Source: Haliotis rubra (lineage: Eukaryota). Taken from it: a stretch of DNA of 64,000 bases. Made by a program: the position numbers and the translations under genes. The notes under the pieces were generated by a model. That model did not search any database. It was not told the origin of the DNA and was given only the letters and a program-made list of their open reading frames with translations. The stretch is from NCBI RefSeq assembly GCF_003918875.1, contig NW_025767511.1, positions 186,001-250,000 of the forward strand, written 5' to 3'. Positions 11,595 through 25,491 of this stretch are shown piece after piece; the stretch's first letter is position 1; each line of letters begins with the position of its first letter.

Positions 11595-13937
11595 AGCCGT
11601 TGATATGATTGTGAATTAGATCAACTTTAATTAAGTAGATTGTTTGACTGAAACTATTCATAGAGCTTCTGACAGTTTCCAGAAGTAGGCTAGTATATTG
11701 TTGTTGTTTCCATAGATGAAGGTTCAAGAGTTCAATAGGGATGTAGATACTGATGGTTATTGGTATTCTTTACATGTAACACCATATCCAACATTGAGGA
11801 CCATATCCATAGTTAGAGACCATATCCGTTGTTGAGGGCCATATGTAAATTTAAGGACCATATCCATTGTTGAGGACATATGTAATGTTAAGCACCATAT
11901 CCGTTGTTGAGGACCAAATGTAATGTGGGGAATCAAACCAGGGTCTTCGGCATGACAAGCCAATGGTTTAACCACTAGGCTACCCCACCGCCCCTGTGTG
12001 AGAATGAACAGAGGATTATTTTGATTAAACCCACTTGCCTTAGAAGCCACCACATGTGTTACATGTGCTTCAGTGTGGGGAGGGACTGAACACCCAGAAA
12101 ATGTCAGGAGTCAAACTGCCGAATGTGGTCATTGATCCATAAATCCTCTAATGCAACTTGATTCACCTGATCTGTGAAGTATGCACTTTACACAGGTCAA
12201 TGTGCTACCACATTATGACAACCCTACAGATGTATATCAACAGAAAACTGTATATTTGCTTCACGTATGGTTCAATGGAAAATAAATTTATTCGAGATTA
12301 AAAAGTGCATCTTTCAATGCATATTCACAATGTCATCTTTACTGAAAGGTGATGATTATTTTGTTTTACTCTATCACGGGTTTAACTGTTTGTTAGGATT
12401 TTCAAAGATGCTTGAGAAGAAAAACTTGGAGGTAACCTCGGCTTGACCTAAAGTTGACTGAAGAGAATTGGGTGTCCGTGTTGCTGGGTTCGGTGTTGTT
12501 GGGTCATGCTTCAGTCAGTGGTTTGCCTATCCCAGATTCTATTATGTTCCATGAGCAAGATGTCTGGAGATAATCATGATAATAATCTCGGCTGACATTA
12601 ATCAATGTTCATTTTCTGAAATCCACATTTGAGGTTTTCGTAAGTTATGCTATTGATGTAATTTATCTGAATTTTGTGAATAGATGAACAACAAGAAAGT
12701 GTACTGGAATGTCATCAAGGTCAGTTGGGTAGTCTTGTGGTTAAAGTGTTTGAGTCTTCTCATGGGTAAAATGTGCGAAGCCTGCGTCTGATGTCCCTGT
12801 GATATTGTCGGAAAATTATTAAAAGTGTAATAAAAAACCCAACTCACTCACAATCACACTCACTCACTCAAACTCACTTAAATTCACTCACTCACTCACT
12901 GCACTGATATTCCTTGAGTAAGTGAGTTGGTTTCCAGCAATATCATGGCGGGGGACACCAGAAATGGGCTTCACACAAATTACCCATGTGGGGAATCGAA
13001 CCCTGGCCCTCGGCATGATGAGTGGAAGCTTTACCCACTAGGCTACCCCACTGTCCCCTGGAGCGCTGGAGCGTATCTGGAGCACTGAATTCAGTAAGAT
13101 TACACAAGTAGTTGATTAATATCTTAAATATCAGAAGTGGATGCAGAATTTTGAGAAAGAGAATGGAAGTACAAGGACAGTATATCAGATAGATATTATC
13201 AAAATCACTGGTAGTATCTGAAAAGGGCACTTCCGGGAAATCCCCCATCCCTTGGTTCTGACAGTGAATTTGGGGGATGGATATGTAACAAATGGGAAGC
13301 TAAAAGCAAAATAGATTTTAGTACCATAAGGATATATGTTTGTGTAAAAGGTTTTAGCTGAGTCTACTTTCATAGCTCAGCTATTTTATTTTGTTTTCTA
13401 CAAAAACAGAATGATAAGGATTTTCTACTGTTGCTTCTCCTTGTCCAAACTCTTGATCCATCTTAACTGATTGTGAGTGCTACTAAACAATACCCAGCAC
13501 CACTAACATGTCCAGGTATAGTCATGTTCTTATCTATGTCCAAGAAATGGGAAAACAGGAAACAAAATGACATGTAACTGCCCAATTATTAGTAAGCATG
13601 CCTTCGAAAACTTGCTGTGTCTTAACTGAATTATCAATCGTAGATTTGGTTCATACCTCTCTATCATCTCTTTCTGTATGACTTTTCTCAAATACTCCCC
13701 ATTTTCCCCTTCCAGTTCCTAAACATCCTGAAGAATCATCTTTACTGAGAAGATCTGTCACAGTATGGACTTCAGCTTTGCTTGTTAGGCCTTGATCCTT
13801 TGCTGTCCAATTCAGCTTCAAATGAACTCACTCACATTCATCTGTAAAAAGAACTGAAGAATATGTTGATCAGACAATTGTTGTCTTTTCAAGTTACCAG
13901 AACATTACTTGTCTTGTGTGATTTCTTCTACAGAACC

Positions 13938-15138
13938 ATGGCTGGAAGTGGAACTGGACTGAAGACCCCAGACCTGGTGAAGAAGGTCGCTTCTGCCAAT
14001 TCCCAGTTTGGTCTGGACCTGTACAAGAAGGTCGCCTTAGAACTGAAGGACTCCAATGTGTTTCTGTCTCCCTTCAGCATCTCAGCAGCTCTGGCCATGA
14101 CCCAGCTGGGAGCTCGAGGGGACACAGCAGCTCAGATGAACCAGGTCCTGAAGTGGACTGACCTCCAGGACTCCGTACATCCAGGGTTTGAAGACTATCT
14201 CGTCTTCTGAAAACACAGGAGACTACGTACTTACAACAGCCAACCGCTTGTTTGTGAATGATAAGGCCAAGATTCTGGATGAATTTCTACAGAAGACAGA
14301 GAAGCATTATGGTGCTCAGGCTGTTCTGTCTGACTTTGTGGGCAATGGAGCTGGAGAGGCGGAGAAGATCAACCAATGGGTGGAATCGGAGACCAACAGC
14401 AAGATAAAGGATCTGATCACAGGTGGAATCGATCCACTCACAGCTATGATCCTTGTTAATGCCATATACTTCAAAGGCAACTGGGCAGAGAAATTTGATC
14501 CGACAAGGACAGAGAAGGGCATGTTTAAGGTGAAGCCTGGAGAGGCAGTACAAGTTGATATGATGCGGATGGAGAAGAAGTTCAGGTTTGGCCTAAATGA
14601 TGAACTGAACTGTTCTGTGTTGGAACTGCCTTATGTAAAGGAGGACCTTAGCATGTTCTTCTTGTTGCCTTACAAGGATGATGGTTTGGGAGAACTGGAA
14701 AGCAAACTGAATCATGTATCTTTGACGGAAGCCTTAAAACGCGTTGTTCACAAAACTACTGTTGACATCTCTATGCCCAGATTTGTATTGGAATCAAGCT
14801 TTGAGATGAATGAAGTCCTGAAGTCGCTGGGAATGTCTGATGCTTTTGACGAGCAGAAAGCTGATCTGTCCGGAATTGATGGAAGTCGCCTCCTGTATGT
14901 CTCTAAGGTGGTCCACAAGGCCTTCCTGGAAGTGAACGAGGAGGGAAGTGAAGCTGCTGCAGCCACAGCAGTTAGGATCATGACAAGATCGCTCCCTATA
15001 ATTGAGCCTTTCAAGGCAGATCATCCCTTCCTGTTCCTCATCCGTGACAACCGAGCCGATGTTGTGCTCTTCATGGGCAGACTTGTTCGTCCTCCCACAG
15101 CAGGCTCAGCTGGTGTTTCACAGAAAACTGAACTGTAG
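13938..15138 (+). CDS. Serpin copy 4 (type A); RCL RIMTR|SLP; KTEL; two single-G losses (~14200, ~14219)
   Basis: ORFs 13863-14210 and 14188-15138. The sequence reads tatctcgt where paralogues have tatctgcgt, and caggagac where they have cagggagac. Confidence 0.93.
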
Positions 15139-17485
15139 AGCTGTTGATATGATTCTGAATTAGATCAACATTAATTAAGTAGATTGTTTGACTGAAACTA
15201 TTCAAAGAGCTGCTGACAGTTTCCGGAAGTAGGCTAGTATATTGTTATTGTTTCCCTAGATGAAGGTATAAGAGTTCAGTAGGGATGTAGATACTGATGG
15301 TTATTGGTATTCTTTACGTGTAACACCATATCCGACATTGAGGACCATATCCATAGTTAGAGACCATATCCGCTGTTGAGGGCCATATGTAAATTTAAGG
15401 ACCATATCCATTGTTGAGGACATATGTAATGTTAAGCACCATATCCGTTGTTGAGGACCAAATGTAATGTGGGGAATCAAACCAGGGTCTTCGGCATGAC
15501 AAGCCAATGGTTTAACCACTAGGCTATCCCACCGCCCCTGTGTGAGAATGAACAGAGGATTATTTTGATTAAACCCACTTGCCTTAGAAGCCACCACATG
15601 TGTTACATGTGCTTCAGTGTGGGGAGGGACTGAACACCCAGAAAATGTCAGGAGTCAAACTGCCGAATGTGGTCATTGATCCAACAACTTCTCTAATGCA
15701 ACTTGATTCACCTGATCTGTGAAGTATGCACTTTACACAGGTCAATGTGCTACCACATAATGACAACCCTACAGATGTATATCAACAGAAAACTGTATAT
15801 TTGCTTCACGCATGGTTCAATGGAAAATAAATTTATTCGAGATTAAAAAGTGCATCTTTCAATGCATATTCACAAAGTCATCTTTACTGAAAGGTGATGA
15901 TTATTTTGTTTTACTCTATCACGGGTTTAACTGTTTGTTAGGATTTTCAAAGATGCTTGAGAAGAAAAACTTGGAGGTAACCTCGGCTTGACCTAAAGTT
16001 GACTGAAGTGAATTGGGTGTCCGTGTTGCTGGGTTCGGTGTTGTTGGGTCATGCTTCAGTCAGTGGTTTGCCTATCCCAGATTCTATTATGTTCCATGAG
16101 CAAGATGTCTGGAGATAATCATGATAATAGTCTCGGCTGACATTAATCAATGTTCATTTTCTGAAATCCACATTTGACTCGATGTTTTACGTAAGTTATG
16201 CTATTGCTGTGATTTATCTGAATTTTGTGAGTACCGGTAGATGAACAACAAGAGAGTGTACTGGAATGCCATCAAGGTCAGTTGGGTAGTCTTGTGCTTA
16301 AAGTGTTTGAGTCTTCTCATGGGTAAAACGTGCGAAGCCCGTGTCTGATGTCTCTGTGATATTGTCGGAAAATTGTTAAAAATGGCATAACAAACCCAAC
16401 TCACTCACAATCACACTCACTCACTCAAACTCACTTAAATCCACTCATTCACTCACTGCACTGATATTCCTTGAGTAAGTGAATGAGTAAGTGAGTTGGT
16501 TTCCAGCATTATCATGGCGGGGGACACCAGAAATGGGCTTCACACAAATTACCCATGTGGGGAATCGAACCCTGGCCCTCGGCATGATGAGTGGAAGCTT
16601 TACCCACTAGGCTACCCCACTGTCCCCTGGAGCTGGAGCGATGTGGGCGCTGAATTCAGTTAGATTACGCAGGTAGTTGATTAATATCTTAAATATCAGA
16701 AGTGGATGCAGAATTTTGAGAAAGAGAATGGAAGTACAAGGACAGTATATCAGATAAATATTAGTAGTATCTGAAAAGGGCACTTCCGGGAAATCCCCCA
16801 CCCCTTGGTTCTGACAGTGAATTTGGGGGATGGATATGTCACAAATGGGAAGCTAAAAGCAAAATAGATTTTAGTACCATGAGGATATATGTTTGTGTAA
16901 AAGGTTTTAGCTGAGTCTACTTTCATAGCTCAGCTATTTTATTTTGTTTTCTACAAAAACAGAATGATAAGGATTTTCTACTGTTGCTTCTCCTTTTCCG
17001 TACTCTTGATCCATCTTAACTGATTGTGAGTGCTACCAAACAATACCCAGCACCACTAACATGCCCAGGTATAGTCATGTTCTTATCTATGTCAAGAAAT
17101 GGGAAAAAAGGAAACAAAAATGACATGTAACTGCCCAATTATTAGTAAGCATGCCTTTGAAAACCTGCAGTGTCTTAACTGAATTATCAATCGTAGATTT
17201 GGTTCATACCTCTCTATCATCTCTTTCTGTATGATTTTGCTCAAATACTCCCCATTTTCCCCTTCCAGTTCCTAAACATCCTGAAGAATCATCTTTACTG
17301 AGAAGATCTGTCACAGTATGGACTTCAGCTTTGCTTGTTAGGCCTTGATCCTTTGCTGTCCAATTCTGCTTCAAATGAACTGACATTCATCTGTAAAAGA
17401 ACTGAAGAATAGGTTGATCAGACAATTGTTGTCTTTTCAAGTTACCAGAACATTACTTGTCTTGTGTGATTTCTTCTACAGAACC

Positions 17486-18688
17486 ATGGCTGGAAGTGGA
17501 ACTGGACTGAAGACCCCAGACCTGGTGAAGAAGGTCGCTTCTGCCAATTCCCAGTTTGGTCTGGACCTGTACAAGAAGGTCGCCTTAGACCTGAAGGACT
17601 CCAATGTGTTTCTGTCTCCCTTCAGCATCTCGGCAGCTCTGGCCATGACCCAGCTGGGAGCTCGAGGGGACACAGCAGCTCAGATGAACCAGGTCCTGAA
17701 GTGGACTGACATCCAGGACTCCTGTACATCCAGGGTTTGAAGACTATCTGCGTCTTCTGAAAACACAGGGAGACTACGTACTTACAACAGCCAACCGCTT
17801 GTTTGTGAATGATAAGGCCAAGATTCTGGATGAATTTCTACAGAAGACAGAGAAGCATTATGGTGCTCAGGCTGTTCTATCTGACTTTGTGGGCAATGGA
17901 GCTGGAGAGGCTGAGAAGATCAACCAATGGGTGGAATCGGAGACCAACAGCAAGATAAAGGATCTGATCACTGGTGGAATCGATCCACTGACAGCTATGA
18001 TCCTTGTTAATGCCATATACTTCAAAGGCAACTGGGCAGAGAAATTTGATCCGACAAGGACAGAGAAGGGCACATTTAAGGTGAAGCCTGGAGAAACAGT
18101 ACAAGTTGATATGATGCGGATGAAGAAGAAGTTCAGGTTTGGCCTAAATGATGAACTGAACTGTTCTGTGTTGGAACTGCCTTATGTAAAGGAGGACCTT
18201 AGCATGTTCTTCTTGTTGCCTGACAAAGATGATGGTTTGGGAGAACTGGAAAGCAAACTGAATCATGAATCTTTGACGGAAGCCTTAAAACGCGTGTTCA
18301 CAAAACTACTGTTAACATCTCTATGCCCAGATTTGTATTGGAATCAAGCTTCAAGCTGAATGAAGTCCTGAAGTCGCTTGGAATGTCTGATGCTTTTGAC
18401 GAGCAGAAAGCCGATCTGTCCGGGATCGATGGAACCCGGCTCCTGTATGTCTCCCAGGTGGTCCACAAGGCCTTCCTGGAAGTGAACGAGGAGGGAAGTG
18501 AAGCTGCTGCAGCCACAGCAGTTATGATCATGTGCAACTCGCTCCCTATAATTGAGCCTTTCAAGGCAGATCATCCCTTCCTGTTCCTCATCCGTGACAA
18601 CCGAGCCGATGTTGTGCTCTTCATGGGCAGACTTGTTCGTCCTCCCACAGCAGGCTCAGCTGGTGTTTCACAGAAAACTGAACTGTAG
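17486..18688 (+). CDS. Serpin copy 5 (type B); RCL MIMCN|SLP; KTEL; frameshifts at ~17722 and ~18293
   Basis: ORFs 17414-17740, 17799-18359 and 18323-18688 together form a complete serpin. Confidence 0.93.
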
Positions 18689-19065
18689 AGCCGTTGATAT
18701 GATTCTGAATTAGATCAACATTAATTAAGTAGATTGTTTGACTGAAACTATTCATAGAGCTTCTGACAGTTTCCAGAAGTAGGCTAGTATATTGTTGTTG
18801 TTTCCCTAGATGAAGGTACAAGAGTTCAATAGGGATGTAGATACTGATGGTTATTGGTATTCTTTACATGTAACACCATATCCAACATTGAGGACCATAT
18901 CCATAGTTAGAGACCATATCCGTTGTTGAGGGCCATATGTAAATTTAAGGACCATATACATTGTTGAGGACATATGTAATGTTAAGGACCATATCCATTG
19001 TTGAGGACCAAATGTAATGTGGGGAATCGAACCAGGGTCTTCGGCGTGACGAGCCAACGCTTTAA

Positions 19066-20009
19066 AGGTCACATGCAACGTAAAACACAACTTTGCAGAT
19101 TCTGATACCTTTCGGTGTGGACATACCGAAACAAATCGTCAAAAATGCAAATTCAAGTTATAAAGTTGAAAAATAACGCGATGAAAAAACACGCGCGAAA
19201 TCGGAGTTCAAACGTTTCACTAATTTTCCCCAGACTTTTCTGGGGAAAACGGGTTTCAACAGCTGGGCTGCGCTCATAGCACGTGCGCAAGTAAATAGGT
19301 TCGCGCAGCTTGGAAGCAGGTTGTCGGGTGAATACTCGGTGAAGGCTTTGGTGTGAGCTATTTTCATAATGTTTTGTTGATATCTCACAGGCGCGAGCTT
19401 TTTATATGTTATGACAGTAAATTAACTGTTTATATAATTTCATTTGTCTATTTCACCACACGTTCTCCTTACCGAGACACTTTCTCAGTTCGATACTTAA
19501 AAGCAATGTCATTATTTAGCGTTGACAGAATTTCTAACTGTGATATAGATATGTCGTTGTCACAGACAAAACAAAATGCATTGATTTATGGCCCGAGTTC
19601 GGTCTCTGTCACATTATGTAATTACACAGACAGGCAGGTGTGATACTTGAACACATGACATGTTATGATGTCTGTTGATTGCAAAATGTTATACACAAAA
19701 AATGAGCATGTATTTACAAAACCCAACATCTCTCTATATATATACACACAATTAGCCGTGAAGGCATCTGCAAATGAACCGGCCGTTACACTTGAGTGCA
19801 CACCCACCCGCTCTGACTGGGTTCGGTATCCCGGCTGCTTCGTTTCTTGGGAAGTAAACCGAAGTACACAATTTTGCACTTTCGATTTGCGATTGTACGC
19901 TTATAATTTTGTTTATATATTTTTTCGTAACCAGCAATGTATATTATATGTCATGAATAAGTGATAATTGTGTTTTAATTATGTTTGATTTTTTGGTTGC
20001 ATGTGACCT
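19066..20009. mobile_element. Non-autonomous DNA transposon with TTAA target duplication (Kolobok-like)
   Basis: 14-bp perfect TIR aggtcacatgcaac/gttgcatgtgacct; TTAA at 19062-19065 and 20010-20013. It interrupts a SINE relic that is contiguous in the other units. Confidence 0.93.
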
Positions 20010-21944
20010 TTAACCATTAGGCTACCCCACTGCCCCCACTTGCCTTAGAAGCCACCACATGTGTTACATGTGCTTCAGTGTGGGGAGGGACTGAACACCC
20101 GGGTAAATGTCAGGAGTCAAACTGCCGACTGTGGTCATTGATCCATAACTCTTCTAATGCAACTTGATTCACATAATCTGTGAAGTATGCACTTTACACA
20201 GGTCAATGTGCTACCACATAATGACAACCCTACAGATGTATATCAACAGAAAACTGTATATTTGCTTCACACATGGTTCAATGGAAAATAAATTTATTCT
20301 GAGATTAAAAGTGCATCTTTCAATGCATATTCACAAAGTCATCTTTACTGAAAGGTGATGATTATTTTGTTTTACTCTATCACGGGTTTAACTGTTTGTT
20401 AGGATTTTCAAAGATGCTTGAGAAGAAAAACTTGGAGGTAACCTCGGCTTGACCTAAAGTTGACTGAAGTGAATTGGGTGTCCGTGTTGCTGGGTTCAGT
20501 GTTGTTGGGTCATGCTTCAGTCAGTGGTTTGCCTATCCCAGATTCTATTATGTTCCATGAGCAAGATGTCTGGAGATAATCATGATAATAATCTCGGCTG
20601 ACATTAATCAATGTTCATTTTCTGAAATCCACATTTGAGGTTTTCGTAAGTTATGCTATTGATGTAATTTATCTGAATTTTGTGAATAGATGAACAACAA
20701 GAAAGTGTACTGGAATGTCATCAAGGTCAGTTGGGTAGTCTTGTGGTTAAAGTGTTTGAGTCTTCTCATGGGTAAAATGTGCGAAGCCTGCGTCTGATGT
20801 CCCTGTGATATTGTCGGAAAATTGTTAAAAGTGTAATAAAAAACCCAACTCACTCACAATCACACTCACTCACTCAAACTCACTTAAATTCACTCACTCA
20901 CTCACTGCACTGATATTCCTTGAGTAAGTGAGTTGGTTTCCAGCAATATCATGGCGGGGGACACCAGAAATGGGCTTCACACAAATTACCCATGTGGGGA
21001 ATCGAACCCTGGCCCTCGGCATGATGAGTGGAAGCTTTACCCACTAGGCTACCCCACTGTCCCCTGGAGCGCTGGAGCGTATCTGGAGCACTGAATTCAG
21101 TAAGATTACACAAGTAGTTGATTAATATCTTAAATATCAGAAGTGGATGCAGAATTTTGAGAAAGAGAATGGAAGTACAAGGACAGTATATCAGATAGAT
21201 ATTATCAAAATCACTGGTAGTATCTGAAAAGGGCACTTCCGGGAAATCCCCCATCCCTTGGTTCTGACAGTGAATTTGGGGGATGGATATGTCACAAATG
21301 GGAAGCTAAAAGCAAAATAGATTTTAGTACCATAAGGATATATGTTTGTGTAAAAGGTTTTAGCTGAGTCTACTTTCATAGCTCAGCTATTTTATTTTGT
21401 TTTCTACAAAAACAGAATGATAAGGATTTTCTACTGTTGCTTCTCCTTGTCCAAACTCTTGATCCATCTTAACTGATTGTGAGTGCTACTAAACAATACC
21501 CAGCACCACTAACATGTCCAGGTATAGTCATGTTCTTATCTATGTCCAAGAAATGGGAAAAACAGGAAACAAAAATGACATGTAACTGCCCAATTATTAG
21601 TAAGCATGCCTTCGAAAACTTGCTGTGTCTTAACTGAATTATCAATCGTAGATTTGGTTCATACCTCTCTATCATCTCTTTCTGTATGACTTTTCTCAAA
21701 TACTCCCCATTTTCCCCTTCCAGTTCCTAAACATCCTGAAGAATCATCTTTACTGAGAAGATCTGTCACAGTATGGACTTCAGCTTTGCTTGTTAGGCCT
21801 TGATCCTTTGCTGTCCAATTCAGCTTCAAATGAACTCACTCACATTCATCTGTAAAAGAACTGAAGAATATGTTGATCAGACAATTGTTGTCTTTTCAAG
21901 TTACCAGAACATTACTTGTCTTGTGTGATTTCTTCTACAGAACC

Positions 21945-23147
21945 ATGGCTGGAAGTGGAACTGGACTGAAGACCCCAGACCTGGTGAAGAAGGTCGCTTC
22001 TGCCAATTCCCAGTTTGGTCTGGACCTGTACAAGAAGGTCGCCTTAGAACTGAAGGACTCCAATGTGTTTCTGTCTCCCTTCAGCATCTCGGCAGCTCTG
22101 GCCATGACCCAGCTGGGAGCTCGAGGTGACACAGCAGCTCAGATGAACCAGGTCCTGAAGTGGACTGACATCCAGGACTCCGTACATCCAGGGTTTGAAG
22201 ACTATCTGCGTCTTCTGAAAACACAGGGAGACTACGTACTTACAACAGCCAACCGCTTGTTTGTGAATGATAAGGCCAAGATTCTGGATGAATTTCTACA
22301 GAAGACAGAGAAGCATTATGGTGCTCAGGCTGTTCTGTCTGACTTTGTGGGCAATGGAGCTGGAGAGGCGGAGAAGATCAACCAATGGGTGGAATCGGAG
22401 ACCAACAGCAAGATAAAGGATCTGATCACAGGTGGAATCGATCCACTGACAGCTATGATCCTTGTTAATGCCATATACTTCAAAGGCAACTGGGCAGAGA
22501 AATTCGATCCGACAAGGACAGAGAAGGGCATGTTTAAGGTGAAGCCTGGAGAGACGGTACAAGTTGATATGATGCGGATGGAGAAGAAGTTCAGGTTTGG
22601 CCTAAATGATGAACTGAACTGTTCTGTGTTGGAACTGCCTTATGTAAAGGAGGACCTTAGCATGTTCTTCTTGTTGCCTTACAAGGATGATGGTTTGGGA
22701 GAACTGGAAAGCAAACTGAATCATGTATCTTTGACGGAAGCCTTAAAACGCGTTGTTCACAAAACTACTGTTGACATCTCTATGCCCAGATTTGTATTGG
22801 AATCAAGCTTTGAGATGAATGAAGTCCTGAAGTCGCTGGGAATGTCTGATGCTTTTGACGAGCAGAAAGCTGATCTGTCCGGAATTGATGGAAGTCGCCT
22901 CCTGTATGTCTCTAAGGTGGTCCACAAGGCCTTCCTGGAAGTGAACGAGGAGGGAAGTGAAGCTGCTGCAGCCACAGCAGTTACATTCATGTTTTTATCC
23001 CTCCCTATCTCTGAGCCTTTCAAGGCAGATCATCCCTTCCTGTTCCTCATCCGTGACAACCGAGCCGATGTTGTGCTCTTCATGGGCAGACTTGTTCGTC
23101 CTCCCACAGCAGGCTCAGCTGGTGTTTCACAGAAAACTGAACTGTAG
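21945..23147 (+). CDS. Serpin copy 6 (type A), intact; RCL TFMFL|SLP; KTEL
   Basis: Uninterrupted ORF 21870-23147. Confidence 0.96.
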   Translation: MAGSGTGLKTPDLVKKVASANSQFGLDLYKKVALELKDSNVFLSPFSISAALAMTQLGARGDTAAQMNQVLKWTDIQDSVHPGFEDYLRLLKTQGDYVLTTANRLFVNDKAKILDEFLQKTEKHYGAQAVLSDFVGNGAGEAEKINQWVESETNSKIKDLITGGIDPLTAMILVNAIYFKGNWAEKFDPTRTEKGMFKVKPGETVQVDMMRMEKKFRFGLNDELNCSVLELPYVKEDLSMFFLLPYKDDGLGELESKLNHVSLTEALKRVVHKTTVDISMPRFVLESSFEMNEVLKSLGMSDAFDEQKADLSGIDGSRLLYVSKVVHKAFLEVNEEGSEAAAATAVTFMFLSLPISEPFKADHPFLFLIRDNRADVVLFMGRLVRPPTAGSAGVSQKTEL

Positions 23148-25491
23148 AGCTGTTGATATGATTCTGAATTAGATCAACATTAATTAAGTAGATTGTTTGA
23201 CTGAAACTATTCAAAGAGCTGCTGACAGTTTCCGGAAGTAGGCTAGTATATTGTTATTGTTTCCCTAGATGAAGGTATAAGAGTTCAGTAGGGATGTAGA
23301 TACTGATGGTTATTGGTATTCTTTACGTGTAACACCATATCCGACATTGAGGACCATATCCATAGTTAGAGACCATATCCGTTGTTGAGGGCCATATGTA
23401 AATTTAAGGACCATATCCATTGTTGAGGACATATGTAATGTTAAGCACCATATCCGTTGTTGAGGACCAAATGTAATGTGGGGAATCAAACCAGGGTCTT
23501 CGGCATGACAAGCCAATGGTTTAACCACTAGGCTATCCCACCGCCCCTGTGTGAGAATGAACAGAGGATTATTTTGATTAAACCCACTTGCCTTAGAAGC
23601 CACCACATGTGTTACATGTGCTTCAGTGTGGGAGGGACTGAACACCAGAAAATGTCAGGAGTCAAACTGCCGAATGTGGTCATTGATCCAACAACTTCTC
23701 TAATGCAACTTGATTCACCTGATCTGTGAAGTATGCACTTTACACAGGTCAATGTGCTACCACATAATGACAACCCTACAGATGTATATCAACAGAAAAC
23801 TGTATATTTGCTTCACGTATGGTTCAATGGAAAATAAATTTATTCGAGATTAAAAGTGCATCTTTCAATGCATATTCACAAAGTCATCTTTACTGAAAGG
23901 TGATGATTATTTTGTTTTACTCTATCACGGGTTTAACTGTTTGTTAGGATTTTCAAAGATGCTTGAGAAGAAAAACTTGGAGGTAACCTCGGCTTGACCT
24001 AAAGTTGACTGAAGAGAATTGGGTGTCCGTGTTGCTGGGTTGGGTGTTGTTGGGTCATGCTTCAGTCAGTGGTTTGCCTATCCCAGATTCTATTATGTTC
24101 CATGAGCAAGATGTCTGGAGATAATCATGATAATAATCTCGGCTGACATTAATCAATGTTCATTTTCTGAAATCCACATTTGACTCGATGTTTTACGTAA
24201 GTTATGCTATTGATGTGATTTATCTGAATTTTGTGAGTAGATGAACAACAAGAGAGTGTACTGGAATGCCATCAAGGTCAGTTGGGTAGTCTTGTGCTTA
24301 AAGTGTTTGAGTCTTTTCATGGGTAAAACGTGCGAAGCCCGTGTCTGATGTCTCTGTGATATTGTCGGAAAATTGTTAAAAATGGCATAAAAAACCCAAC
24401 TCACTCACAATCACACTCACTCACTCAAACTCACTTAAATCCACTCATTCACTCACTGCACTGATATTCCTTGAGTAAGTGAATGAGTAAGTGAGTTGGT
24501 TTCCAGCATTATCATGGCGGGGGACACCAGAAATGGGCTTCACACAAATTACCCATGTGGGGAATCGAACCCTGGCCCTCGGCATGATGAGTGGAAGCTT
24601 TACCCACTAGGCTACCCCACTGTCCCCTGGAGCGCTGGAGCGTATCTGGAGCGCTGAATTCAGTTAGATTACGCAGGTAGTTGATTAATATCTTAAATAT
24701 CAGAAGTGGATGCAGAATTTTGAGAAAGAGAATGGAAGTACAAGGACAGTATATCAGATAAATATTAGTAGTATCTGAAAAGGGCACTTCCGGGAAATCC
24801 CCCATCCCTTGGTTCTGACAGTGAATTTGGGGGATGGATATGTCACAAATGGGAAGCTAAAAGCAAAATAGATTTTAGTACCATGAGGATATATGTTTGT
24901 GTAAAAGGTTTTAGCTGAGTCTACTTTCATAGCTCAGCTATTTTATTTTGTTTTCTACAAAAACAGAATGATAAGGATTTTCTACTGTTGCTTCTCCTTT
25001 TCCGTACTCTTGATCCATCTTAACTGATTGTGAGTGCTACCAAACAATACCCAGCACCACTAACATGCCCAGGTATAGTCATGTTCTTATCTATGTCTAA
25101 GAAATGGGAAAAAAAGGAAACAAAAATGACATGTAACTGCCCAATTATTAGTAAGCATGCCTTTGAAAACCTGCAGTGTCTTAACTGAATTATCAATCGT
25201 AGATTTGGTTCATACCTCTCTATCATCTCTTTCTGTATGATTTTGCTCAAATACTCCCCATTTTCCCCTTCCAGTTCCTAAACATCCTGAAGAATCATCT
25301 TTACTGAGAAGATCTGTCACAGTATGGACTTCAGCTTTGCTTGTTAGGCCTTGATCCTTTGCTGTCCAATTCTGCTTCAAATGAACTGACATTCATCTGT
25401 AAAAGAACTGAAGAATATGTTGATCAGACAATTGTTGTCTTTTCAAGTTACCAGAACATTACTTGTCTTGTGTGATTTCTTCTACAGAACC

